Shown here: positions 37,449-45,356 of the stretch, piece by piece | Numbering within the stretch: the first letter of the stretch is position 1 | Layout of the letters: each line of letters opens with the position of its first letter | Source of the DNA: Bacteroidales bacterium | GTDB lineage: Bacteria > Bacteroidota > Bacteroidia > Bacteroidales > FEN-979 | Length of the DNA: 64,000 nt | Assembly (NCBI GenBank): GCA_028706295.1 | Contig: JAQWBQ010000005.1 | Span: 11,395 to 75,394 of the forward strand | Direction of reading: 5' to 3' | Position numbers and translations under genes: made by a program | The notes under the pieces: generated by a model | The model's input: only the letters and a program-made list of their open reading frames with translations | Told to the model about the DNA's origin: nothing | Databases searched by the model: none

Positions 37449-37994
37449 ATGAAAAATTTATCAATGCATATTATGGACATCCTTCAGAATTCGATCCGGG
37501 CAGGTGCGACCGAAATATCGCTTGAGATCAGGGAGGATACGCTGCTGAACTTACTCCGGTTTAATATCAGCGATAACGGATGTGGTATGGCGCCGGATGT
37601 ATTGAAGAAGGTAACCGATCCGTTTTTCACGACGCGGACAACGCGTAAGGTCGGTTTGGGATTGTCGCTGTTAAGGCAAAACGCGGAGCGGTCGAATGGT
37701 TCTTTGAAAATCGATTCGGAAACCGGGAAAGGCACAGTGGTGGAAGCCTGTTTTGAATATAATCATATCGACCGGCCGGTGTTGGGCGACATTGCGGGCA
37801 CAGTTCTCCTGACGCTGACAGCGCACCCGGAAATCCAATTCCGCTACCTTCATAACAGGAATGGCCGATCTTTTGAATTATCCACCATCGCGTTGAAGGA
37901 TGCATTGTGCGGAATTCCGATCAATGAACCGGCGCTCTATCCCACCCTGCTTCAGATGGTGAAAGAGAACCTGAAAGATATTGATGTTAATTGA
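37449..37994 (+). CDS. GHKL-type ATPase (copy 2), no HisKA domain
   Basis: DILQNSIRAG (N-box), SDNGCGM (G1), KVGLGLSLL (G2), GKGT. The start is uncertain: GTG 37413, ATG 37449 or ATG 37464. Confidence 0.7.
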   Translation: MKNLSMHIMDILQNSIRAGATEISLEIREDTLLNLLRFNISDNGCGMAPDVLKKVTDPFFTTRTTRKVGLGLSLLRQNAERSNGSLKIDSETGKGTVVEACFEYNHIDRPVLGDIAGTVLLTLTAHPEIQFRYLHNRNGRSFELSTIALKDALCGIPINEPALYPTLLQMVKENLKDIDVN

Positions 37995-38017
37995 ATTTAT
38001 ACAACATACTGATTTTT

Positions 38018-38413
38018 ATGGAAAAAATAAAATCATTGGCCGACTTAAGGAAGATGCAGGATGATCTTCGGGCAAAAATTTCCCTGAGAGAAAAGAGCAA
38101 CGAACCCGATAAACGGATACAGGTGAAAGTAGCCATGGCTACCTGTGGAATTGCTTCAGGGGCAAAAGAAGTCATGGAAGCGTTTATCGAAGAATTTACC
38201 AAACGAAACATCGATGCCGTGGTCACACAAACCGGTTGTATGGGTTACTGCTATGCTGAGCCTACCGTTGAAATAACCAAGCCGGGAGTGGAACCTATTA
38301 CATTTGGATATGTCGATGTAAAAAAAGCCAGCAAGATTATTGACAAATATATTTTGAACAACGAGCTGGTCGATGGGATCATTCCGGTAAATTACCATTC
38401 AATTGATAATTGA
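38018..38413 (+). CDS. Small thioredoxin-like ferredoxin-fold protein (HndB/HydD-like)
   Basis: 131 aa. ATCG...TGCMGYC, so only three Cys are visible. It sits before the NuoF-like gene, as in Hnd/Hyd operons. Confidence 0.65.
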   Translation: MEKIKSLADLRKMQDDLRAKISLREKSNEPDKRIQVKVAMATCGIASGAKEVMEAFIEEFTKRNIDAVVTQTGCMGYCYAEPTVEITKPGVEPITFGYVDVKKASKIIDKYILNNELVDGIIPVNYHSIDN

Positions 38414-38431
38414 TATAGAAGATCATAGACA

Positions 38432-40225
38432 ATGACACAGATCAAGTACCACATGTTGGTTTGCGGCGGAACAGGTTGCCACGCATCCCAGAGCGATCAG
38501 ATCCTGAAGGTGTTTCAGGAACAGATCATCGCCCATGGCCTCGACACGGAAGTGCAGGTTATTAAAACCGGTTGTTTCGGTTTCTGTGAAAAAGGGCCGA
38601 TCGTCAAGATGATGCCCGATAACACGTTTTACACTCAGGTAACGCCAGCCGATTGTTCGGAGATTTTGGAAGAACATATCATCAAGGGAAGGCGGGTTAA
38701 TCGTTTGTTGTATGAAAATCCTGAAACCGGTGAAAAGGTCAGTGATTCCAAGCACATGGGATTTTATAAAAAGCAGATCCGCATCGCTTTACGTAATTGC
38801 GGATTTATCAATCCTGAGAACATCGATGAATATATCGCCCGTGATGGTTATATGGCGCTGGGCAAGGTTCTTACAGAGCTAACACCGGAAGCCACCATCG
38901 AAATTATCAAAAAATCAGGATTAAGGGGGCGTGGCGGTGGAGGATTCCCGACCGGTTTAAAGTGGGAAATCACGCGTGCTGTGAAAGCCGATCAGAAATA
39001 TGTAGTCTGCAATGCCGATGAAGGCGACCCGGGAGCATTTATGGACCGGTCGGTGCTTGAAGGCGATCCGCATACGGTACTGGAAGCAATGGCTATTAAC
39101 GGATATTGCACAGGTGCCGACAAGGGATTGATCTATATCCGGGCCGAATATCCGCTTGCCGTGGAACGGCTGAAGATCGCCATGAAACAGGCGCAGGAAT
39201 ATGGTTTACTCGGGAAAAATATTCTGGGAACCGATTTTTCATTTGACATCGATATCCGTTATGGCGCGGGAGCCTTCGTTTGCGGTGAAGAGACGGCTCT
39301 GATCCATTCGATGGAAGGGTTACGCGGCGAACCTACCGTGAAGCCCCCATTCCCCTCCGAATCCGGTTACATGGGCAAGCCTTCCAACGTCAACAACGTT
39401 GAGACCTATGCCAATATCCCGGTTATCCTTAACAAAGGTGCAGCATGGTTTGCCGCCATAGGAACCGAAAAATCGAAAGGCACCAAGGTGTTTGCATTAG
39501 CCGGGAAGATCAATAACGTAGGACTCATTGAAGTTCCGATGGGCATTACGCTCCGTGAAGTGATCTATGAAATCGGCGGTGGCATCAAAGGAGGGAAAAA
39601 ATTCAAATCGGTACAAACCGGCGGACCTTCAGGTGGCTGCCTTACAGAGCGACATCTGGATACGCCGATCGATTATGATAACCTGCTTGCAGCAGGGTCG
39701 ATGATGGGTTCGGGAGGAATGATTGTGATGGACGAGGATGATTGCGCCGTTGGAATGGCCAAATTCTATCTCGACTTCACGGTCGAAGAATCCTGTGGAA
39801 AATGCTCACCCTGCAGAATTGGGAACAAGCGGTTATATGAGATCCTGGAAAAGATCACCCAGGGTAACGGAACTATTGAAGATCTTGATAAACTGAGAAA
39901 CCTCAGCCATGTCATTAAGGACACCTCTCTGTGTGGTTTAGGACAGACTTCGCCAAATCCGGTACTTTCGACCCTGGATAATTTTTATGACGAATATCTG
40001 GAACATGTAACCAGTAAAAAATGTCGCGCCGGAAATTGTAAATCGCTGATGCAGTACATGATCATTTCGGAAAATTGTATCGGTTGTACGCTTTGCGCAA
40101 GAAACTGTCCGGTTAATGCCATTACCGGTGAGCGTAAGCAACCGCATCTGATTGACCAGGATAAATGTATCAAATGCGGCGCCTGTATGGAAAAATGTAA
40201 ATTCAACGCTATTTTTATCAATTAA
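38432..40225 (+). CDS. hydB: Full-length HydB/NuoF-like subunit (N-terminal 2Fe-2S, FMN/NADH, [4Fe-4S], C-terminal 2x[4Fe-4S])
   Basis: 597 aa. VCGGTGC...GCFGFC, GLRGRGGGGFPTG, GAFVCGEETAL, CGKCSPCR, CIGCTLCARNCP, CIKCGACMEKC. Confidence 0.9.
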   Translation: MTQIKYHMLVCGGTGCHASQSDQILKVFQEQIIAHGLDTEVQVIKTGCFGFCEKGPIVKMMPDNTFYTQVTPADCSEILEEHIIKGRRVNRLLYENPETGEKVSDSKHMGFYKKQIRIALRNCGFINPENIDEYIARDGYMALGKVLTELTPEATIEIIKKSGLRGRGGGGFPTGLKWEITRAVKADQKYVVCNADEGDPGAFMDRSVLEGDPHTVLEAMAINGYCTGADKGLIYIRAEYPLAVERLKIAMKQAQEYGLLGKNILGTDFSFDIDIRYGAGAFVCGEETALIHSMEGLRGEPTVKPPFPSESGYMGKPSNVNNVETYANIPVILNKGAAWFAAIGTEKSKGTKVFALAGKINNVGLIEVPMGITLREVIYEIGGGIKGGKKFKSVQTGGPSGGCLTERHLDTPIDYDNLLAAGSMMGSGGMIVMDEDDCAVGMAKFYLDFTVEESCGKCSPCRIGNKRLYEILEKITQGNGTIEDLDKLRNLSHVIKDTSLCGLGQTSPNPVLSTLDNFYDEYLEHVTSKKCRAGNCKSLMQYMIISENCIGCTLCARNCPVNAITGERKQPHLIDQDKCIKCGACMEKCKFNAIFIN

Positions 40226-40238
40226 TCAGGAGGAAAAG

Positions 40239-42011
40239 ATGGAAATGGTTAAGTTGACTATTGACGGGAAAGCCGTTGAAGTCGAAAAAAACACCACGAT
40301 ATTAATGGCAGCCAGAACTGCCGGCATTGAAATCCCAACCCTTTGCTATTTTCAATTAAAGGATATGGAGATTGAAAACCGTCCGGGCGGGTGCCGTATT
40401 TGCGTAGTTGAGGTCTCCGGCCGGCGAAACCTTGCGCCTGCATGTACCACTACAGTAACACCGGGGATGGTTGTGAACACCCATTCCATAAGGGTATTGA
40501 ACGCACGGCGCACCGTATTGGAACTGATCCTTTCCGATCATCCTGCCGAGTGTCTGACTTGTGCCAAATCGGGAAATTGCGAGTTGCAGGATATGGCTCA
40601 AAAGCTTGGAGTACGTGAAATTCCTTTCCAGGGAGCCCAGTCAACTTATCGAAAAGACACCTCCCCTGCCATCATTCGTGATGTGGACAAATGCATCATG
40701 TGCCGCCGATGTGAAATGATGTGTAATGAGGTGCAAACCGTGGGTGCGCTCTCTGCAGTTAACCGGGGATTTATGGCTGTAGTTGCGCCGGCATTCGAAA
40801 TGAACCTTGAAAAATCACCCTGTACCTATTGCGGACAGTGCGTGTCGGTTTGTCCTACCGGGGCACTGACTGAGGTTGACCATTCACGCAATGTTATCAA
40901 TGCACTTGCCGATCCCACAAAAACCGTTGTCGTTCAGACCGCCCCTGCCGTCAGAGCTGCTCTGGGTGAAGAATTCGGACTTGCTCCCGGAACCCTGGTA
41001 ACCGGCAAAATGGTTGCTGCACTCAGGCGTCTTGGTTTTAATTATGTATTTGATACCGATTTCGCCGCTGACCTTACAATCATGGAGGAGGGCAGCGAAT
41101 TGCTGGATCGTCTCACCCGCCATCTGAACGGTGATAAAAATGTAAAATTACCCATTCTGACTTCGTGTTGTCCAGGCTGGGTCAATTTCTTCGAGCACAA
41201 TTTTCCGGAAATGCTTGATATTCCTTCTACTGCAAAATCACCCCAACAAATGTTCGGTCCTATTGCTAAGGAATACTTCGGAAAAAAACTGGGAATTGAC
41301 CGGCGAAACCTGATCGTGGTTTCAATCATGCCTTGCCTTGCAAAAAAATATGAATGTCAGCGGGAAGAATTCAAAGTAAACGGGGACCCGGATGTTAATT
41401 ATTCCATTTCGACCCGTGAGCTGGCTCACCTGATCAAACAAGCCAACATTGACTTTGCATCGCTGCCTGAGGAGGATTTCGACAATCCCCTGGGTGAATC
41501 GACGGGAGCAGGCGTTATTTTTGGCAACACGGGAGGAGTCATTGAGGCTGCCTGCCGCACTGCTTACGAATTATACACCGGTAAGAAGCTGGAGAAAGTT
41601 GAATTCAACGAACTTCGCGGTATGGAAAACATCCGGCATGCTACTATCGATTTTAACGGATTACCTATTAATATTGGAATAGCACATGGTTTGGGGAATG
41701 CGCGCAAACTTCTTGAAGACATTCAGGCCGGGAAGAGTCATTTTCATGCCATTGAGATCATGGCCTGTCCGGGTGGTTGCATCGGCGGCGGCGGACAACC
41801 TTACCACCACGGCGATTCATCAATCCTGAAGGCAAGAGCCGCGGCCATTTATCGGGAAGATGCCGGGAAGCCGATCCGTAAATCGCATGAGAATCCCTTT
41901 ATCATTGAACTCTATAAAGAATTCCTCGAAAAACCATTGGGTGAAAAATCACATCATCTGCTTCACACCCACTATTTCGATAAGAGTGCAGGAGTTTTTG
42001 TAGAAGAGTAG
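40239..42011 (+). CDS. hydA: [FeFe]-hydrogenase catalytic subunit (canonical motifs)
   Basis: 590 aa from the ATG preceded by GGAGGA. TSCCPGW (41160-41180), MPCLAKKYE, EIMACPGGCIGGGGQP, plus N-terminal 2Fe-2S and three 4Fe-4S motifs. Confidence 0.9.
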   Translation: MEMVKLTIDGKAVEVEKNTTILMAARTAGIEIPTLCYFQLKDMEIENRPGGCRICVVEVSGRRNLAPACTTTVTPGMVVNTHSIRVLNARRTVLELILSDHPAECLTCAKSGNCELQDMAQKLGVREIPFQGAQSTYRKDTSPAIIRDVDKCIMCRRCEMMCNEVQTVGALSAVNRGFMAVVAPAFEMNLEKSPCTYCGQCVSVCPTGALTEVDHSRNVINALADPTKTVVVQTAPAVRAALGEEFGLAPGTLVTGKMVAALRRLGFNYVFDTDFAADLTIMEEGSELLDRLTRHLNGDKNVKLPILTSCCPGWVNFFEHNFPEMLDIPSTAKSPQQMFGPIAKEYFGKKLGIDRRNLIVVSIMPCLAKKYECQREEFKVNGDPDVNYSISTRELAHLIKQANIDFASLPEEDFDNPLGESTGAGVIFGNTGGVIEAACRTAYELYTGKKLEKVEFNELRGMENIRHATIDFNGLPINIGIAHGLGNARKLLEDIQAGKSHFHAIEIMACPGGCIGGGGQPYHHGDSSILKARAAAIYREDAGKPIRKSHENPFIIELYKEFLEKPLGEKSHHLLHTHYFDKSAGVFVEE

Positions 42012-42121
42012 GAAGGGAATGTAAAAATCAACATGCAAAATGCAAAATTCAAATCACCCATTCACTCAGTCATTCAATCAATCAGTCATTCAGTCAATCA
42101 GTAAGTCAATCGTTTAGTCAA
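42012..42121. repeat. G-poor short-period repeat spacer between hydA and hydC (operon 2)
   Basis: aaaatgcaaaatgcaaaattcaaat followed by cattcactcagtcattcaatcaatcagtcattcagtcaatcagtaagtcaatc. Same motif family as 22574-22810 and 24312-24440. Confidence 0.8.
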
Positions 42122-42598
42122 ATGGCAAAGATAAAATTATCCGACAGAAAAGTCCAGGAATTGAAGGATGTATGCAAATCCTTCAACAACGACAAAGGAG
42201 AACTGATCAACGTACTACACAAAGCACAGGGAATTTTCGGGTACCTGCCAGCTGAGGTTCAGGAAGTTGTCGCACATGAGCTTCAGGTCTCTGTTGCCCA
42301 TGTTTACGGGGTCGTGACCTTCTATTCTTTCTTTACGATGACCCCTAAGGGTGAACACCCCATCTCCATTTGTCTTGGGACAGCCTGTTATGTAAGGGGC
42401 GCTGAAAAGGTGCTTGATGAATTTAAACGGGTACTGAACATTCAGGTTGGAGAAACCACTGCCGATGGAAAGTTTTCGCTAAGCTGTCTCCGGTGTGTTG
42501 GAGCCTGCGGACTGGCTCCTGTCGTGATGGTGGGTGAAAAAGTATATGGGCGCGTTTCTCCCGACGGTGTGAAAGACATTGTCGCTGAATATAATTAG
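42122..42598 (+). CDS. hydC: NuoE/HydC-like [2Fe-2S] subunit (operon 2)
   Basis: 158 aa. CLGTAC ... CLRCVGAC Cys pattern. Confidence 0.85.
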   Translation: MAKIKLSDRKVQELKDVCKSFNNDKGELINVLHKAQGIFGYLPAEVQEVVAHELQVSVAHVYGVVTFYSFFTMTPKGEHPISICLGTACYVRGAEKVLDEFKRVLNIQVGETTADGKFSLSCLRCVGACGLAPVVMVGEKVYGRVSPDGVKDIVAEYN

Positions 42599-42624
42599 GA
42601 AATTCGGTTAGTACCGCGTACAGC

Positions 42625-42659
42625 CTGCCGGGTGAAATCCATCCGGCAGATTTTTTTTT
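42625..42659 (+). terminator. Rho-independent terminator after operon 2
   Basis: Stem ctgccgg/ccggcag (42625-31/42643-49) followed by T9. Confidence 0.8.
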
Positions 42660-42773
42660 AGAATAATAATGCCCCGTCTAACAGCTTTGAACCCTGTCAG
42701 GGGTTTCGTTCCAGGAACAGGCTTGCATTTTAGGTATGATTTCAGCGTACGGGTTGAATAGAGGTTTAATCAA

Positions 42774-43934
42774 TCATTGATTCCTGATGCATCGGACTGA
42801 GAATCCGAATTCTTTTCCTTCGGTAGCTCTTATAATGTCTTGCAAGGATGTATAAAGGGTTCTGATCCAAACCGACCATAAATTGACATTTTGAGTTGAT
42901 GTTCGAAAAAATCCATTCACATTGATTGTATAAAAATCCCCGGCCGATCCCCTGTATCCACCGGGGAGGGCTGTAAAGCCGCTGATATTGGTCGCACCCG
43001 TGTTAGGCGCCGCCCAATGGGTTAGTCCTGCTTCTTTCAGTTTTCCACCAGCAACAGATTCCCCTCCAAGGAAATCGGTCAATGTCGTCCAGTCCGTATC
43101 GGACGGGACATGCCAACCGTCAGGACAAATTCCCTGAGAACCTGAAGTGGTAACATATTGCATCATTTCATCCCACTGGTATAATCCGCCATACACATTA
43201 CAACCTGTTGTTAAATTATCATAACAGTACTTCTCAATAATTCCATTGTTCAATTGGTTTTGATAACTGTTGATCATCTGGCCCACGTTCAGGTTTTCAG
43301 CAAACCAGCATTGCGTTCCGATCTGAACAGTATTGTAAACATGGCCATCGCGCCCGTCAGTTAAAGGTTGTCCGCATGACTGGCAAGGCAGAGTTGATTG
43401 GGTCATACTGAGCACTGTTGATGATCCACAAGTATTATAAGCCCAAACGAATCTCGCATAAGAGGTTCCGCAGGACAGTCCCGATTCCGGCTTTGATGTG
43501 GCTGTTCCTAAATCGATAGCAGTGCCAAAGTCGTTGGCGGTATTCCATTTGTATCCTGTGGCCCCCGCAACCGGATTCCAGTTCCATATAATCTGTGTTT
43601 CGAGCGGGGTATTTGTCGCCGCAACAGGTGGCCATGGAAGTATGCAGCTTGCGCTCAGCGTATACCATCCGTTACTTAAAAAGACAACGATTGCGCCAGC
43701 TCCGGATATCCCGCAATCGGTACAGAACACCAGAAGCCCTTGGGCCGGGCTGGAAATGTTTTGAAGTTGTGAATAGGTCATCCGTGGCGGGAGAAAGCCT
43801 TTAATGTCAGTCTTAACATCGAGCATAGCAGAAGGGTCAGGCTGACTGTTATCGGCATTTATACCCACCTGGGCCATGACGATGTTGACCCTGCAAGATA
43901 CCAACAGGGCCAGTATTAAAATCATTCGATTCAT
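42774..43934 (-). CDS. Secreted FISUMP (Fibrobacter succinogenes major paralogous) domain protein with an N-terminal Fn3-like region
   Basis: 386 aa. DGRDGHVYNTVQIGTQCWFAENLN...YGGLYQW...CPDGWHVPSDTDWTTL...AGGKLKE...GFSVRCI. Confidence 0.8.
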   Translation of the reverse strand: MNRMILILALLVSCRVNIVMAQVGINADNSQPDPSAMLDVKTDIKGFLPPRMTYSQLQNISSPAQGLLVFCTDCGISGAGAIVVFLSNGWYTLSASCILPWPPVAATNTPLETQIIWNWNPVAGATGYKWNTANDFGTAIDLGTATSKPESGLSCGTSYARFVWAYNTCGSSTVLSMTQSTLPCQSCGQPLTDGRDGHVYNTVQIGTQCWFAENLNVGQMINSYQNQLNNGIIEKYCYDNLTTGCNVYGGLYQWDEMMQYVTTSGSQGICPDGWHVPSDTDWTTLTDFLGGESVAGGKLKEAGLTHWAAPNTGATNISGFTALPGGYRGSAGDFYTINVNGFFRTSTQNVNLWSVWIRTLYTSLQDIIRATEGKEFGFSVRCIRNQ

Positions 43935-44069
43935 TTTACCTCGATTTTATACCGAAAACACAACAAAGGATCCCGCTACGAATTCAGTAGTGTCCTGGAA
44001 TCTGTATTGACAGGTCGTAAGCGATACGAACTCTGACAAATATAACAAAAAAAAAGAGTTATTACAAGA

Positions 44070-45254
44070 TCAGAAGAACTTCATGGTGACCTCTTTGAGG
44101 AATTTCTCTTCCAGGGTCCTGGCAATACGGTGTACCACCGTTCGGCGCAATTCAAGTTCCATGGGAAGGGTTGGATCCTGGTGGGCGATATTGATGTTTG
44201 TTCCCACAAGAAAATGAATTTCGTCACAATCGATAATAGTTTTAACAATTTCATCGGCTGGTCCCCTACCCAGGGTATAATTGTTGGTATACTTCTTCAA
44301 CAATTCGCTCACCTTGCTCAGAGTCAGGATTCCCTCTGTTATCAATTCCACCCCGTTCATATGGGAAACAGGTGGAAGTTCCTGGTCGAAACGTTCTTTC
44401 GAATCAATGATTTCCTCCTTCCATTCGCGGGCAACCATATCGGCCGTTGTTGCTCCGCAGATGATTTTTTTTCCGTCGAAATGTTTCAACAATTCCGTAA
44501 CCGTGTTATCATTTGATGGATCCACGGGCGGTCCGGTGAATATCATCAGTTTCCTGGGTTCGCGAAAGTACAATACCGAACAACTTATATCGTCGCGCGG
44601 GTGAAATCCGTCATTCAGATTGGCCTTATTGACAACCTTTGAAGCCAGATTCACCGCGGATATATCAGGTTCTTTCTTAATGGATTCTTCGATAAAATTC
44701 AGAAGGTTTTCTGCTCCCCATCCGGTGAGCATTTTATCGGATCCCAAACCGGATTGGGTCACCCCATCGGAGCAAAACACAATCCGGTCTTCCTTCTGAG
44801 GCCTGAAAGTGGCAGTAAGTACTTCACGGCCGGTATGTTTTTCACCCTCCAATACCACGCAGTTCCATTCAGGTTCATGAGGTCGTGATCCCCTGAAGAC
44901 CATGGTTCTTGGGTTTTCATATTCCAGGATTCGCACTTTCGTATCCGGGTCAATCTCGACGATGGTAAAAGTAGAGTAATTCATTTTTTTCACACTGTCG
45001 ACCGGGAGGGTGTTCATAATAATCTCCGAGATCTTCTGGATGGTCTTGTGTTCGCGTGTAAAATGTACTGCCATCACAGCCGTAAGGGTTCCAAGCATGT
45101 TGGCTTTGATCCCGTGACCCATACCATCGGAGAGTACGACAATAATGCGCCCTTCCTCTTTGATCCTTTTCGAAATGAAGACATCGCCGCAAACACGGGC
45201 TTCAGCGTGACATTTTTGCTGACAGGTTACTTCGATAAAGAATTTTTCATTCAA
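44070..45254 (-). CDS. PP2C/SpoIIE-family protein phosphatase with an extra ~170-aa C-terminal domain
   Basis: 394 aa. GDVF...VLSDGMGHGIKAN...FCSDGV motifs. Lies downstream of the PAS-containing HydS-like gene. Confidence 0.8.
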   Translation of the reverse strand: MNEKFFIEVTCQQKCHAEARVCGDVFISKRIKEEGRIIVVLSDGMGHGIKANMLGTLTAVMAVHFTREHKTIQKISEIIMNTLPVDSVKKMNYSTFTIVEIDPDTKVRILEYENPRTMVFRGSRPHEPEWNCVVLEGEKHTGREVLTATFRPQKEDRIVFCSDGVTQSGLGSDKMLTGWGAENLLNFIEESIKKEPDISAVNLASKVVNKANLNDGFHPRDDISCSVLYFREPRKLMIFTGPPVDPSNDNTVTELLKHFDGKKIICGATTADMVAREWKEEIIDSKERFDQELPPVSHMNGVELITEGILTLSKVSELLKKYTNNYTLGRGPADEIVKTIIDCDEIHFLVGTNINIAHQDPTLPMELELRRTVVHRIARTLEEKFLKEVTMKFF

Positions 45255-45356
45255 GAGGCAGGAAAATTATGATATCCTGTTCCATTATCAATTCCATCGT
45301 TCTCCATCGCCGGTCTCATCTCCGTTTTCTGCAGTCTGTTGCCTGTTCCCAATAGT

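Noticed and set aside
40152-40238. N-terminal extension of the hydA2 ORF (start at 40152)
   Set aside because: It would overlap the last 74 nt of hydB2. The internal ATG at 40239 is preceded by GGAGGA and gives the conserved MEMVKLTIDGK N-terminus, which aligns with the other HydA paralogues.
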